A DNA stretch of 62,022 nucleotides, the filler included, from Choristocarpus tenellus KU-1152 (lineage: Eukaryota > Protista > Phaeophyceae): NCBI GenBank assembly GCA_964200185.2. It is 8 parts of 8 records of this genome, joined end to end, with 100 filler letters (N's around TTAATTAATTAA, not from the genome) between each part and the next. Parts side by side here need not be neighbours in the genome. Positions count along the whole stretch, not along the records: positions 1 to 3,647 come from CAXNAD020018755.1; positions 3,748 to 7,189 come from CAXNAD020019995.1; positions 7,290 to 17,263 come from CAXNAD020003230.1; 5 more parts are not named here. One strand, written 5' to 3'. The notes below the pieces were generated by a model. That model had not been told where the DNA came from. It was given only the letters and a program-made list of their open reading frames with translations, and made no database searches. Positions 1 through 11,935 of this stretch are shown piece by piece (position 1 is the stretch's first letter; every line of letters begins with the position of its first letter). A program made the translations under genes and the position numbers.

Positions 1-62
1 AGCACCCCACCATGACACACTGATTCTAAACACCCCCCACGACTGATTGGACCCTGCCTAAC

Positions 63-149
63 AAATATAGGTGAATTGCAAAAATGAAAAACTGGCTTGA
101 AATGCACAACGACCAAAACCTGAGGGGTACCTCTCGTTTACTTTGGCTT
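63..149 (+). mobile_element. Right end of family C non-autonomous DNA transposon
   Basis: Ends GGTACCTCTCGTTTACTTTGGCTT. The upstream ~85 bp matches 18571-18837 once the nested family B copy is removed. The reverse complement matches the end at 3501. Confidence 0.65.
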
Positions 150-229
150 AGTATTACCCTAGAATGCTCAGCCTCTTCGACCTGTAACGTCCATCATCCG
201 TGACGACAACACTACTAGCGCTGATTTGT

Positions 230-960
230 TGTTTAACATTTGTCCATGTTACACCCAGGCCCATTTCCTGAGCAATGTGTGTTGTCTAGCACTTGGTAGG
301 TTGGGCCTAACAGAAGTCAGGGCAATGCTCGGCGCCATTTATTTGCTCTGTGATGCCAATTGCGTAGCAATTACTTCAGCACATTGTACTATTATATCCA
401 TTGTCTAGGGCACCAACACTTACTTGAGGCCATTTGCTATATATATATGATCTCTATTATTCCAAAAGACTACTTTTGACCTTTTCTCAATCCTGTGGTC
501 AGAGGTTGCAAGGCCAAGAATGCTAAAAAGGGAAGGTGTGGCAGAACAAAGAACGAAAAAGGAAAACGATTAGTCCAATTCTCAATTAGAATGTTCATTA
601 TCACATAGAGTGTACAAAAGGATAATTCAAATTCTTGAAAAAACTGAAGCAGCAAATAAATGAAAATAATTAAACTGAAAAATGAGGAAGGCAACATCAT
701 TATCCACCCACAGCAGTAGCAAACCCTCAAGCCCATTTGCTCTGTAACATCTGTCCTTGTTCTAGACAATGTATGGGACTACTTGCTCCATAACACCACT
801 TTTGTCCAGGATAGCGTTTAGGACAATTTGCTCTCTAACGTTTGTTATTTGGCAAACGACTGAGTCTATGCACTACTGGTTACTCTGTGATGTCCAATGT
901 GCAGGACAAAGCTTGAAGTCATTTGGTCTACAATATCCTTTGTCTAGACAAATATTTATC
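230..960 (-). pseudogene. Very degenerate hAT-like transposase relic
   Basis: Frameshifted fragments RPNDFKL, DS...TNVREQIVLNAIL (cf. DGWTNVRNEPIINF) and FFVLCSATPSL (cf. PCAAHxLNL) occur in hAT order. Confidence 0.35.
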
Positions 961-1754
961 GTGTAGATCACAAGAACGACACACTGTGGTTCATGAGTGT
1001 TGAGTTTTCTGAGGTAATCAATCATGACTGTATAAAGTCTGTTATAATAGCGTAATGGGGTCTGGTTCTTCTGTGTGATCCATCATGGGGGGTAGTGAGA
1101 ACCACCAGAGATGAGGTTCAGAAAGAAGGAAGTGAAAGATGAGACTGGGGCATTCTGGGTGTATGTTGACAACCTCAGAGTGCCGCGTGGATCAATCTTC
1201 AATGTGATTTGTTGTGGCCAGTCAGAACAGAAAACACAATCTCGACTTTGGTAGTTTGAATCCACCGTTCATGTTGGGGTTACCGTGTGCCAGTTGTGCG
1301 TCTGAACCACACCACATCACTTGGCCTGGATTCAATCGCAAAAGGTGACGCGCGCAGATGTGTATGACCCCGCGTATTACCGTTATCAATGTCGGAGATC
1401 CAAAAAAGGTGACCTGTCGCTGACAATACTAAGTATTGTTTCTAAATAAATGTTGCAAATCTGCCTCCTATACCAGGGAAGTTCAGTGCATATTAAAGTG
1501 GTACCAGTAGCTTCGCCCTCTGGGATTGTCCCGTCATTACTTTTGATGTAGACATCGGATTTAAAAAAAAGCATAATCGTGATGCCCGTCACAAGGTCCT
1601 CCAGAATACGGACTTCGTTTTTTCTTTTTCGTCATTTTTATATTTTTTTGAAGAAGACTGGTCATATTGGGGTTCGAACCCTGGATTGGAGGTCACCAAG
1701 AGATGCACTATTACTTGATTGAAGTATAGGGTTTAGGTGGGAAAAAAGCCTCCC

Positions 1755-2658
1755 TACCCTTTCTTCCTGTGTGTTCACCCACCCACTCTTTGACCTTGGC
1801 AAGGATGTCCTTGTCGAAGCCCAGAACGAAACACATCTCGTAGTGCCCTTGCTTCGACACCTTAATGTGGCCCTTAGTTAGGAAGTCTCTCTCCCATTTA
1901 CTCACAGTTTCCGACTTGACCATCGCATATCCTGCTGCCATCTCGAGGGCCGTTTGACAGTCTTTTCCTGTCGTTCATACACAGGTACAGAATTTGCAGT
2001 GTTAGAGCCTCTACTATCACATTTCCTTGTTGAGCGCCAGAAATGGGTGTCATCTGTGTTTCCTAGGCGAGTGATATTTTATCAAGGCGCAAGGGTGAGG
2101 AAGGACAGGCTTGAGTTGATTGAAATTGTGTCGATTTCTCGAATGAATGCAGGCGGGGAGAAAGCCTTCGTCAATTTTATATCTCCAACCCTAAGTCCAG
2201 GAACAAAAGTGAATGTACGGCATCTTGCAAGAAGTGGGAGACACCAAACCATCGGTGTGCAAATAGACTCAATTTCACCTCCTCTTCTTCCCTGGTGTCC
2301 TCATCGATGGCTACCTCCACCTGCTTCGCGACCTCTTCGAAGTAAAGGATTTGGTGGTATCGAAAGTCTCCATAGCTGCCTTTGTTGCGATTTCTTTCTC
2401 CTCCACCTTGCGAGCCCTTTCGACCTTCTTTCGGGCTTCAGAGCTCTTGCAACCCAACCCTAACACCATCTTTCTCGTTTCCTCAAGCCAGCCCGACTCG
2501 TACAGCTTCCAAACAGTCAGGGCTTGCTGCAACTGTTCACTGCTAAGATAATCTATACACCTGGGTTTTCGTTTAGGCTTTTCCTGAGCGCAATGGCATG
2601 CAGTCGCACTGCTCTCTTCCCCAACCTTCCTTCGCCCGCCATGACCAGGCTTCCCCAC
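1755..2658 (-). pseudogene. Truncated IS630/Tc1-mariner-like transposase, N-terminal HTH region
   Basis: ALEMAAGYAMVKSETVSKWERDFLTKGHIKVSKQGHY...DKDILAKVKEWVGEHTGRKG resembles the TVRxWxxxF...SxQGxY...D.....WV HTH of eukaryotic IS630-like transposases. No DDE core follows. Confidence 0.5.
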
Positions 2659-3500
2659 ACCACTGACTTCATCACTGTACCGCCTGGTTATGGACTCGCT
2701 CCTCTCTTCCTACTTCACCGAGGCAGCAGAGACTGCAGTGCAGTGCTCCGACGTGGTTGAAGATCCAACCATGATTGTATGGTAATGCTTTCAATTCATC
2801 TTCTCTCTGCGTCTGTGTCGCGGCCCCGGGATCCATTTCGCGATTTGATTATCCTGCTGCACCACACTACTCGCACTTTCTCGTCACCTAACATCGCTGA
2901 GTGTCACACCGTACTTGCTTTTCCATCGCCTCTTGACAGAGAAGGTGCCAAGGGTAGATCCAGGGGGCAGAGTGGCCTCGGCGGCTCTCCTTGTCTCACT
3001 GTCGTGGTTCATGTTGATGTGTAAGTCACGCGTGTGTGTGCTCACAAAAAGTCTGCAAAAGGCGTTAAAAAGATGCCCGGGATTTTTTTTTTTCTTTCCG
3101 ATATCGCCACATGCGTCGAGCTTGGGCGGCGACCTATCCCGTACCAGTTTTTTGCAAGGAGTTCAGGTAGCCACTCCATTTTTGTCCATTTTGAAGTCGT
3201 GACCTTCAAAATTGCATGGGAGATGTTCCTCCACGTTTTGCCATTATTTGATCGTGACATAGCTTCCGTTCCCCGAAGCCTGGAAATTCCTGGATACAAC
3301 CTTCAAAACCTCTCGTCATATGCTTTGATTTGATATATATATACATATATAGTTGTATAACTCTTCTGGCGATACGGTGAAAAAAACCAAGATTGTCACA
3401 GAGGGCGAACCTACTGGGACCACACTTTAGCACAGGTACTACTATCAATGTATCACATTTTGAATACTACCACAACCCAGTCATGAAATCGAAGGAGAAA

Positions 3501-3647
3501 CAGTCAAAGTAAACGAGGTACCTAAAGGATGCTGGCAAATTTAACGCGAAATTCGGATTATTGAACAAATGCGTATAGAACAGGGGATCCTCTAAATGGG
3601 GGATGGCCCTGGACTATGAGGATGGTTGTTTTGCGAAAACGGTCTTT
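3501..3647 (+). mobile_element. Left end of family C element, cut by contig end
   Basis: CAGTCAAAGTAAACGAGGTACC is the inverted counterpart of 126-149 and 19117-19141. Confidence 0.6.
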
Positions 3648-3747
3648 NNNNNNNNNNNNNNNNNNNNNNNNNNNNNNNNNNNNNNNNNNNNTTAATTAAT
3701 TAANNNNNNNNNNNNNNNNNNNNNNNNNNNNNNNNNNNNNNNNNNNN
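3648..3747. other. Artificial contig linker
   Basis: N44-TTAATTAATTAA-N44, giving stops in all six frames; identical at seven positions. Confidence 0.98.
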
Positions 3748-3784
3748 ACCCTGGTGTAGACCCCCCCCCCCCAGATACTTTGAG
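3748..3784 (+). mobile_element. Right TIR of family B-like MITE at contig start
   Basis: poly-C followed by AGATACTTTGA, as at 18782-18805. Confidence 0.6.
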
Positions 3785-3789
3785 GCTGA

Positions 3790-5093
3790 GTACACCTTCA
3801 TCCAAGTACTTTTGAGTTACCAAACCACGAGTATCAGCCCACCCCAGCCCAGCCCCACAATTTATTTTGCCTGTCATCAGAATCCCTGGACAGGTAAGCC
3901 ACCTGTCCTCAACTCGTTGTGTATCTGATGGGCGGGATTGCCTCTGCTGGTCAATGATCCTACTTCCTCTCTCCAGCCAGTCTTGCTTGCTGGATTTTGC
4001 AACTATAGTAAACAAAACACCAATCTTGATGCACACTACTCAAGACTTCCTCATATTTTACCTCTGCTCCTTCTTAGGATACTAGTGTCACAGATTTGCT
4101 TCATGTCGTCTATGTGTGTGTGAATATTGAGTCCCAAACTTTCTCTGCCATCTCAACTTCAGTTCAAGTCGGTTTACATCTACAGCACGTGCACCATACA
4201 CTCGTAAAGCCTTTAGTTATCATATACAATCACCTGGATCACTGCTTCTATGATGCCAGCAATGTTGTCTAGCTAACTACTACCACCCTTTCACTTCAAC
4301 CTATCACTTGAAGTATACATGTCCCTCCCTGATACCCATCAACCTTGTTTGCCCAGTCTGGTTGTTGCAAAAAAGCACCCCAAACAAACACCAATCAACA
4401 CCACATCTGTTCACTTTTTTACAATTTTTGTAGATCGCACATGCTTTTGGATTTCTACTTTTTAAATACAGTTATGATAGCTGAGCTTGTCACCCTCCCT
4501 TCCCCCTCTTTACCACTACAGTAGTTCACTCCTCCACTATATTTTGCTCACCCAACAACGTTAATCTCGTCTACCCAATTTGTCTCTTTCTGTAATGGCA
4601 GGTCAACTCCTCCTCTTCATGTTGGCTTCCATATCAACCTCATTGTGCGTGCCACTGGTTTTATCGTTTTCGGCGTGCAATACCTTGCTGTATCCATATA
4701 TACATGGATATTATTGGAATCCACTACTAGTATAGATCACACACAACCATACGTGGAAGGGTAGACCACAAAATGACAGACCATTGTTCAAGTCCTGAAG
4801 CTAGTGCGACACGGAAAAAGTGAGCTGTAAGAACCATTAATGAAAGAACAACAAACGGATGAGAACGTGAGACAAGATGGGGAGAAATGTGGAAACGTAT
4901 TACTGAAGTGGTTCATCATGGTAACCCGCTTCAAGTCCGGATTGCTAAGTGAACCAAAAACGGAAGGGTGAGGTGTGAGCTTCGCACCAGATATTTGAAG
5001 TGCCACAGTGCCAAGGCTCAGGATAAGACTGAAGATGGGGAGGATCATCGTTGACAGATTGGAGGGTTTGGTGTAAGGGGTGGTTGTGTTCAA
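3790..5093 (-). pseudogene. Degenerate hAT-like transposase relic
   Basis: PYTKPSNLSTMILP (cf. PxYxxPSRxxLSxxILP), SLSNPDLKRVTMMNHF (cf. DGWSN...INF), DSNNIHVYMDTARYC (cf. GPENVVQVxxDNAxNC). Aligns by eye with 46043-46489. The lower boundary is uncertain. Confidence 0.45.
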
Positions 5094-6193
5094 TGTATAT
5101 AATGGAATTGTGTAGATTACTGTTGCATGTATGTGATGTTAACAAAGTTGTAGAAAAAAAAAAATCGGTCATTGTGGTGTAAGCCAACTAACATACTTGG
5201 AGGTTAGAAGACTACCCTCCTAGTCCTCTTCAACAAGGCGGGAGGGAAGGTATTCTCATTTCTACACTAGCTTCGGCATACCTTCCCAAGGATTGTCAGT
5301 TAATGTTGATCGTTATGGTGGTGACTTGATTCGCTCGAAGGCATATTTGCACGTTTACATCGTGTATCGTGGGGCAGTGGGAGGTCGTGTGGCTTCCGAG
5401 ACCCAACTTGAACCTTCACGCCAGGGAAGGTCCTACGTGAGATAACCGTCTCATCGGCAAAGTACTTTTCGCGGTGCTCTTGGGGGTGCCGCTAGCTGGG
5501 GGCCGAAGCGGGCTATGGAAGAGGGGCGGCGACAACTGGCAAAGACATGCCAGTCGACATCGCAATGTCGATCGTCTGTGCCGTCGGCGGTGCGCTCTCT
5601 CGCCCTGGTTATGCTCATAAGCGATCTCACCTCTGCCTTTAAGGTACTCTGTGCTGTCTTCCACCTTGTTTTTAAACTAAGGGTGCTGAGAGGCCTTAAT
5701 CGTTGTCCAGAAAGGAAGGACTAACCACCAACCTTGCATTTCCCTCTTGCATAGTTTAGAACGAGACACGTGCCTTAAAGGTCGCAGTCATTTGCCATGG
5801 TACAGAATGAATATTTACTCAATTCTAATGCCAACAGGATTTGCTACGTTACCATGGAGACGCGTGTAATCTGCATTCTACTCAGCAATTGTCCCCACCC
5901 TATAAGAAGTTGAGGTACCTGACACTCTACGTATCTCTTCGCGCCGCTGAACAGCCTGCGGGATTGCTTGTAGCTCCGCAAGGAAGGCTGGGGAGTGCCC
6001 AGGGGACATCTTCTTGTCGCCGAGCTGGGCCCTTGGCTCCAGCTCGCAGGACAAATCCTCTAGGGCGTCAGGTATCAAACTCTGTTTCCTCACCGAGTAC
6101 CAGGTGGCAGTGGGTGAAGTGTTTGGCCAAGAAGATGTTAAGGAATTGCTCAACCTTGCAATGCAGTGTGTCTCTCACCTCTAAGCAAGCCGT

Positions 6194-6613
6194 TTGCTTC
6201 CACATCCGTTTGCTTCGTTGCTTCCACCTCCCACCCCACCATTCAAGACTGTACAGGAGGCACTAGGTCTCCGTTTCTTGGGAGATGTGCGCCGTTCATC
6301 GTTGCAGGTTGTGCGACAATCAACAGTGGGTGGGGGACGTGGGCAAGAGGGAAGGGCGACAGGGAGAGGTGGAAGGGGGGGGCGAGGAGCTGGGCGTGGG
6401 GGACGGCGAGGGTCTGCCAAGTTGGCACAGGCTACGATGATGAATGTGGATGGTAAGGTCACAGCCTCAACATCGGAGGTATTTCATCTGGTTCAAGAGG
6501 CAATGTCCTGCTACAAGAAACTCGAGGGAAATCTCAATATTCCACCCAAGTTCGTAATTCCTAGGTTGGATTCCTGGCCCTCAGATATGTGGGGGATGCA
6601 ACTAGGGAAGATG
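6194..6613 (+). CDS. Exon of a protein with an RGG-rich tract and a helicase-associated (HA)-like repeat; partial gene
   Basis: GRGGRGGRGAGRGGRRG followed by VQEAMSCYKKLEGNLNIPPKFVIPRLDSWPSDMWGMQLGKM, ending at donor GTAAGT (6614). The 5' boundary is uncertain. Confidence 0.6.
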
Positions 6614-7189
6614 GTAAGTGCCCAAGTGGGGGACATGAATGATAGAAAAAAGGGGTTTGGTGTTGTGCTTTGGTCCGTGCTTATTGTTGTCTAGGAAGAG
6701 GAGGGCTGGGGGAGGGGCCAAGTGGTAGTGGTGCCTCAACACACTTGCCACCCTGAGCACTTCCACATCCCATCCAAGTGTCATCAAACCTTTTGTTGTG
6801 ACTATGTTGTCTTTGTCACTGTTGCTCTCTGGCTTTGTTATGGGGGTGACTTTTATGGGGAAAGAGAATCATGTTCCCAGTTGTTTAGCGTGTATACCCC
6901 TATGCATGGTACCTATAGTGCATGCAAAACTAGCTGGTGCGGCATGCTAGTTTTTTAGTTTCCTCCTACACCACTCCTAAGGTAGGAGAGAGGGCAGCTC
7001 TGCTATAGATAGTGAATAGTTGTCTGATGCCACCTGCACAGCTAAGCATGTGCTTATTTGGGTTCCTATTTGCTTTGTGGCAATTCCTTAGACAGAATCT
7101 CTGCTGCTCACCCTTTATTTTTTACCCAGCCTCCCCCCCCCCCTCCCGCGCCAACATCCAATGGATTGACCATGCTGGTCTGGTTGCAG

Positions 7190-7289
7190 NNNNNNNNNNN
7201 NNNNNNNNNNNNNNNNNNNNNNNNNNNNNNNNNTTAATTAATTAANNNNNNNNNNNNNNNNNNNNNNNNNNNNNNNNNNNNNNNNNNNN
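7190..7289. other. Artificial contig linker
   Basis: Same 100-nt N/TTAATTAATTAA/N spacer. Confidence 0.98.
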
Positions 7290-7299
7290 TACGCATATC

Positions 7300-7620
7300 A
7301 CTCATCGGTGCTTCACAACACCGCGATTCCTCATCACTAGTAGTCTACGCATTTTACCTACATGAACGATGCATTCGATTCAGGTTTCAACACATGGTAG
7401 GCCCTCTTCGGCCATCCAGATATCATTTGCACTCAAGCCGTCCGAGAGAAGTTCCTCGTAGGAGCGTTCTTGATTGACCGGTCTTTCACTTGTCAACGCA
7501 TCCAAGCAGTGAGTATATCTGCAAAACACGATGAAACGCCTCTGCCAGTCCCGTTAGTCCGAGTCGTCCCATAGTTTCGGTGGTTGGGTTCTTGATCTCT
7601 TTGTCCTAGGTGAACAAGAA
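7300..7620 (-). pseudogene. Possible Copia gag N-terminal relic
   Basis: PPKLWDDSD*RDWQRRFIVFCRYTHCLDALTSE resembles the gag start at ~16850 (PAFEGEPGTWRKWRETFLTHA). Confidence 0.35.
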
Positions 7621-7765
7621 TCATTGCTCTTGGCTCAATTTTTTCGAGTGTGAGTCGCCTTGGTGAAATTTATTCTCCTACTAATTTTATTCCTTTGCCA
7701 CATCTTAGTCAACATCCCACTTCTCATTTACCGCACTACTAAAACCTGACCCCGGAGAGCGAGCG

Positions 7766-8024
7766 GAGCCAAAGTATCTCAGAGGGTAGGGCCGCGCCCA
7801 TTTGGGGGCCAAAATCCAATGTTGCGATTTTGATGTAATTTTGTCGACTGCTTTTGTTAGGTAGTGTCAGTATCCTTGTTCCGGACACACTTTTTCATAA
7901 CGTACACATTTGACCTACCTCGAAACATTTTGGAGTGGAAAATGTCATTAAAAAAACCCACGGGAAGCCAAGCCCCAAATGGATAAACATGGCAATACTC
8001 GTACCCTCTAAGATACTTCCACTC
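7766..8024 (+). mobile_element. MITE family A (Sola2-like), copy 1
   Basis: GAGCCAAAGTATCTCAGAGGGTA...TACCCTCTAAGATACTTCCACTC; flanks AGCG/ATCG (4-bp TSD with 1 mismatch). Confidence 0.92.
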
Positions 8025-8029
8025 ATCGA

Positions 8030-8340
8030 TGTCACGTGAGGATAAACAACGTAGACTCTGCAAGCGTCACTTACGGTTGATATTGCTTCCCCAACCGGCA
8101 TCTACCCTCCACTTGTAGAATCCTGTCATGGAGCCTTGGCAACCCATAGGATCCGTTGTAAATTTTCCATGTAGGTTTTGGAAAACGTGTACACCTCTGC
8201 CAAAGCAGTAGTTTCCACATCAACAGACTGTGTGAGGCGGTGGATATTCTCTGTCGAAGATGCGTGCTCCAGTTCTTGTCCAGGTTCTTATCTAGGGGAT
8301 GAAAGTTCGAATGCACATCCTACGCATTGCAGCAGCAGTA
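8030..8340 (-). pseudogene. Possible hAT relic
   Basis: EYPPP ... VDAGWGSNINRK (cf. YxPPS...SDGWSNINR). Confidence 0.3.
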
Positions 8341-8794
8341 GTAGTAGCAAATATCTTCCCAGCAACGACTATTTATGTTGACAAAAAAAGGGGAGGTAAA
8401 GATATTTATTTTCATTTCAGTTCACCTGAAACAGGATACACAATACCAATGCAGACAGTGTTTGGTGGTTGTCGTGAGGAATGGGTATCATTCGATCGGC
8501 AACTCCCGTTTACAATGTGACCTATATGACCTCATCACAAAGCGCACACTCCCTATCTGTCACACACCTTGTTTAATGGAGGATCCATCATGGAGTACAA
8601 CATTAAAGTTTGGAAAGTAGGATCAATCCGACATGAACTAGTTGTACAGTGGCTCGTTTAGTGGTCAGATCAACATATGTGAGAGTCATCTTCCGAAGGA
8701 GGTATATACCTTGAAAGTATCCAACCTATCTGGAAGAAAATTCTTCAACTTTGGTATTGCATCTTTATTTTTCCAATTCAACGAAGTGATGACA

Positions 8795-9108
8795 TCAACA
8801 ATAATTTAGAACAGTAGTAATCACTCACATCACTCAGTAATATCTGCACAATAAGCAATATACAACGCCAATATAAAAAAAATATGGCATACCTACCCAC
8901 ACACCCACACCCACACAAACACAAACACACACACACACACTCAACAATAATTTAGAACAGTAGTAATCACTCTCATCACTCAGTAATATCTCCACAATAA
9001 GCAATATACAACGCCAACATAAAAAAAAATAGCATACCTACCCACACACCCACACCCACACCCACACACTCACACCCACCCTCTCTCTCTCTCACACACA
9101 CACACACA
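8795..9108 (+). repeat. Tandem duplication of a ~146-bp unit ending in CA/CT microsatellite
   Basis: TCAACAATAATTTAGAACAGTAGTAATCACT starts at both 8795 and 8941. Confidence 0.9.
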
Positions 9109-9314
9109 AGTATTCTCAAACAAACTAAATCCAAAGTGCATGGGGCACACATACCTACATTTTCACAACCAACCACTGCAACACCAACAAAAACAACGCA
9201 GCCAATCCAACATCTTCGAGACATTTTGCAACTTTACGGTATTGCAAGCCATTACAATCCTGGGTTGCTTTGGTTCACTTTTGTAACATACAATTCAACT
9301 GTTTTTGATACTTT

Positions 9315-9351
9315 TCTGGTACCAACTTCTGGTACCAAAATCTGGTACCAA
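9315..9351 (+). repeat. 3x 13-bp tandem repeat with palindromic TGGTACCA core
   Basis: TCTGGTACCAA at 9315, 9328 and 9341. Confidence 0.85.
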
Positions 9352-9759
9352 ATTCTCATCATCTACAACAAAAACAACTACCACCAATAATATGTGTATA
9401 ATATTCTGTATGACAATTATTATTTTTCAAACTCTTGTTCAACAGACTGGTGTTGTACGATACCAACCTTGTAACACAGTGGAACCAAATCTGTATGCCA
9501 TTTGTCAGTATGAGGCATTAAATATCCTATCTACTTCATTAAAAGTCAAATCAATATCTTAAAACATACATACAAATATAGTGATACAACATTTTTTTCA
9601 CAACAGTGATTGCTCACATACTAAAACCAGAACATATTTTAAATATCAATAATTAAGAATACATGTATGACAATGGCAGGTTCCTTTTTTGGGATCTCCG
9701 ACACACACATTTGTGGATAAGACGTGTGGTCATATACATTTGCGCGCGTCATTGAAACT

Positions 9760-10480
9760 CGCCCATACCTCCCAAATCATATGACCAATCACACCCATAA
9801 GATCCTGATTTTCCCATCGAACCACACCCAGTTGGAGAGCTTCCTAGAGTGGGCCACAACCGCAAGGAACATCACCTTCCATGATTTAACGCTTATTCTG
9901 TGCCCGTGGGGGGTGGGAGGTTGGGGGCTCCTCAATGGGGTGCAGGCACACACCTTGCCCATCTTTGAGGATGTAAAACCACTACTCGTCCACATGCACA
10001 GGCATCTAGGTCATCCACTAATACCCCACGTTCCCTCCTCCTGTGCGTGTGGCTGATGATGAAACCCACCCTGTTGACTTTCTGCTGGTCTGAGAGGACT
10101 GGCTTGATCAACTGCTTGACCTTCTTCACCTTCTCGCGCTTGCACAAATCCCAAAACGAGGCAAGGGAGACCCAGCTTTGGCTGCCCATTCGGAGGAGAT
10201 GTACGATGTACCAATGAGACATACCAAGCGTCGACGATACTTGTATGTTGGCTACATCGCCTCTTGCGACGCCGTGCAAGGTCCATGCATTCACCCCGTG
10301 CGATTTGGTTGCCACACTCCTTCATATGAGGGAAAACGGTGATTCAGGAAATTCCGAAGTCCTCCACGACGACCACCGTTGTACCCTGAGGCATCTGAGT
10401 CTCGCGCCCCCTGACCTCCAGGCATTGCACTACGACACGGTTCTTCGTTGGGGAGTTTTGAGTCCTGACCCTGGACAGAC
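9760..10480 (-). pseudogene. Mariner-like (DD39D, plant/oomycete type) transposase relic
   Basis: IKPVLSDQQKVNRVGF, VHVDE*WFY (9971-9999) and KVMFLAVVAHSR...WFDGKI, with stops and frameshifts. Confidence 0.85.
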
Positions 10481-10849
10481 TTCTGGGCCGAAGAATTGGG
10501 GCTAACGGGCAACGATTGGGTGAGCAAGCGGCTCGAACGATGGGGGAATTTCATCCTACGCATCCCACAAAACACCTGCTTTGACAGTATCACGATGTTC
10601 TTGAATCCCATCAGTCAACGGTCATGACAACCCAGCATCTCAAAATTTGTATGTCGCCCAATCCATATGAGAACTAAGCCTCGTTTTATCACGTGAGTCT
10701 TTCCCAGGTGAGAACAGAGCTTGCAAAAGTTATGTTACATTTCATTCCGAACAGTGGCATTTTTTGGAAGTGTTAGAGGATGTGTACTGAAAAGATCTCC
10801 TGGTGCCGTCGCTGTGTTACTGTCGATTGACCCCGATGTTTTGGGGGAA

Positions 10850-11856
10850 GAATGTCCTCTTGTGCGCCAAAGCTCCGAGCGTAAACGTTCCTGTCTTGAT
10901 CTAAACCGTAAAGTACCAAACATAAACCTGCTATCAGCCCCCAGGCTCATCGATACACGCTATCAGGACAGAACCTCTCAAAACTTAGGGGGCACTAGAG
11001 GCCATTCTTCGTACAAGACCAGAAGCGTGGGGGTGGACATGATACAGCGTCGCCCAAATTGTAGTTGATAAAGTAAGGGCCAAGGAATCGAGTAGAATGT
11101 GAGAGACAGACACACAAAATATAATGTAACTGTCGTCATCTCAATAAACAATACCAGGATGTTGTCCAAAATATATCTATGTAACTCTCTTGAATAAATT
11201 GTACGCACTTCACTTCATCACGACCAAATCCGGTTCCAGCAAAAAGAGGGAAGAACTGACAAAACCGATATGCACACAAGGAAAGTAAAAATGCACCGAT
11301 ACGAGATCAAATTGGAAACTTCTCATTGTAGAACCAAACCTTCCCGTCTGGAAAGGAGTATCCTCTTGTGCGCCAAAGCTACCAGTGTGAACGTTTCTGT
11401 CTTGATCTAAATCCGTGAAGTACCAAACATAAATTTGTCATCAGCCCCCAGGCCGATAGATATAAGTATCAAGATAGAACCTCTCAAAATTTAGGGGGTA
11501 CAATAGGACACCCTTCGTACAAGACTTCGGGTTGGTGGGGATGGACATGATCCCATCTTCGCCCAAATTGTAGACAGTGAAGCAAGGGCCAAGGAATCGA
11601 GTAGAATGTGAGAGACAGACACAAACAATATAATGCAACTATCGTTATTTTATTAAACAATACCAGGATGTTGTCTAGATTATATCTATGTATCTCTCTT
11701 GAATAAATTGTACGCACTTCACGCTTCATCACGACCAAATCCTGTTCCAGCAATAATAGTGAAAAAAATGACCAAAATGATATGCACGCAAGGGAAGTAA
11801 AAATGCACCGATACGAAATCCAATTGGAAACTTCTCATTGCAGAACCAAACCTCCC
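10850..11856. repeat. Diverged tandem duplication, period ~505 bp
   Basis: TCCTCTTGTGCGCCAAAGCT at 10856 and 11361; AAGGGCCAAGGAATCGAGTAGAATGTGAGAGACAGACACA present in both units. Confidence 0.92.
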
Positions 11857-11935
11857 TGCTTCTACTAATCAAACGTTCGCCCTTATTGTCCAGAACCAGC
11901 TTCCCTGAGTTGCTCATTGTCGGATGTCATATCTT

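Noticed and set aside
126-3522. Family C TIR pair enclosing contig 1 as one element
   Set aside because: The two ends face outward, so they belong to separate elements.
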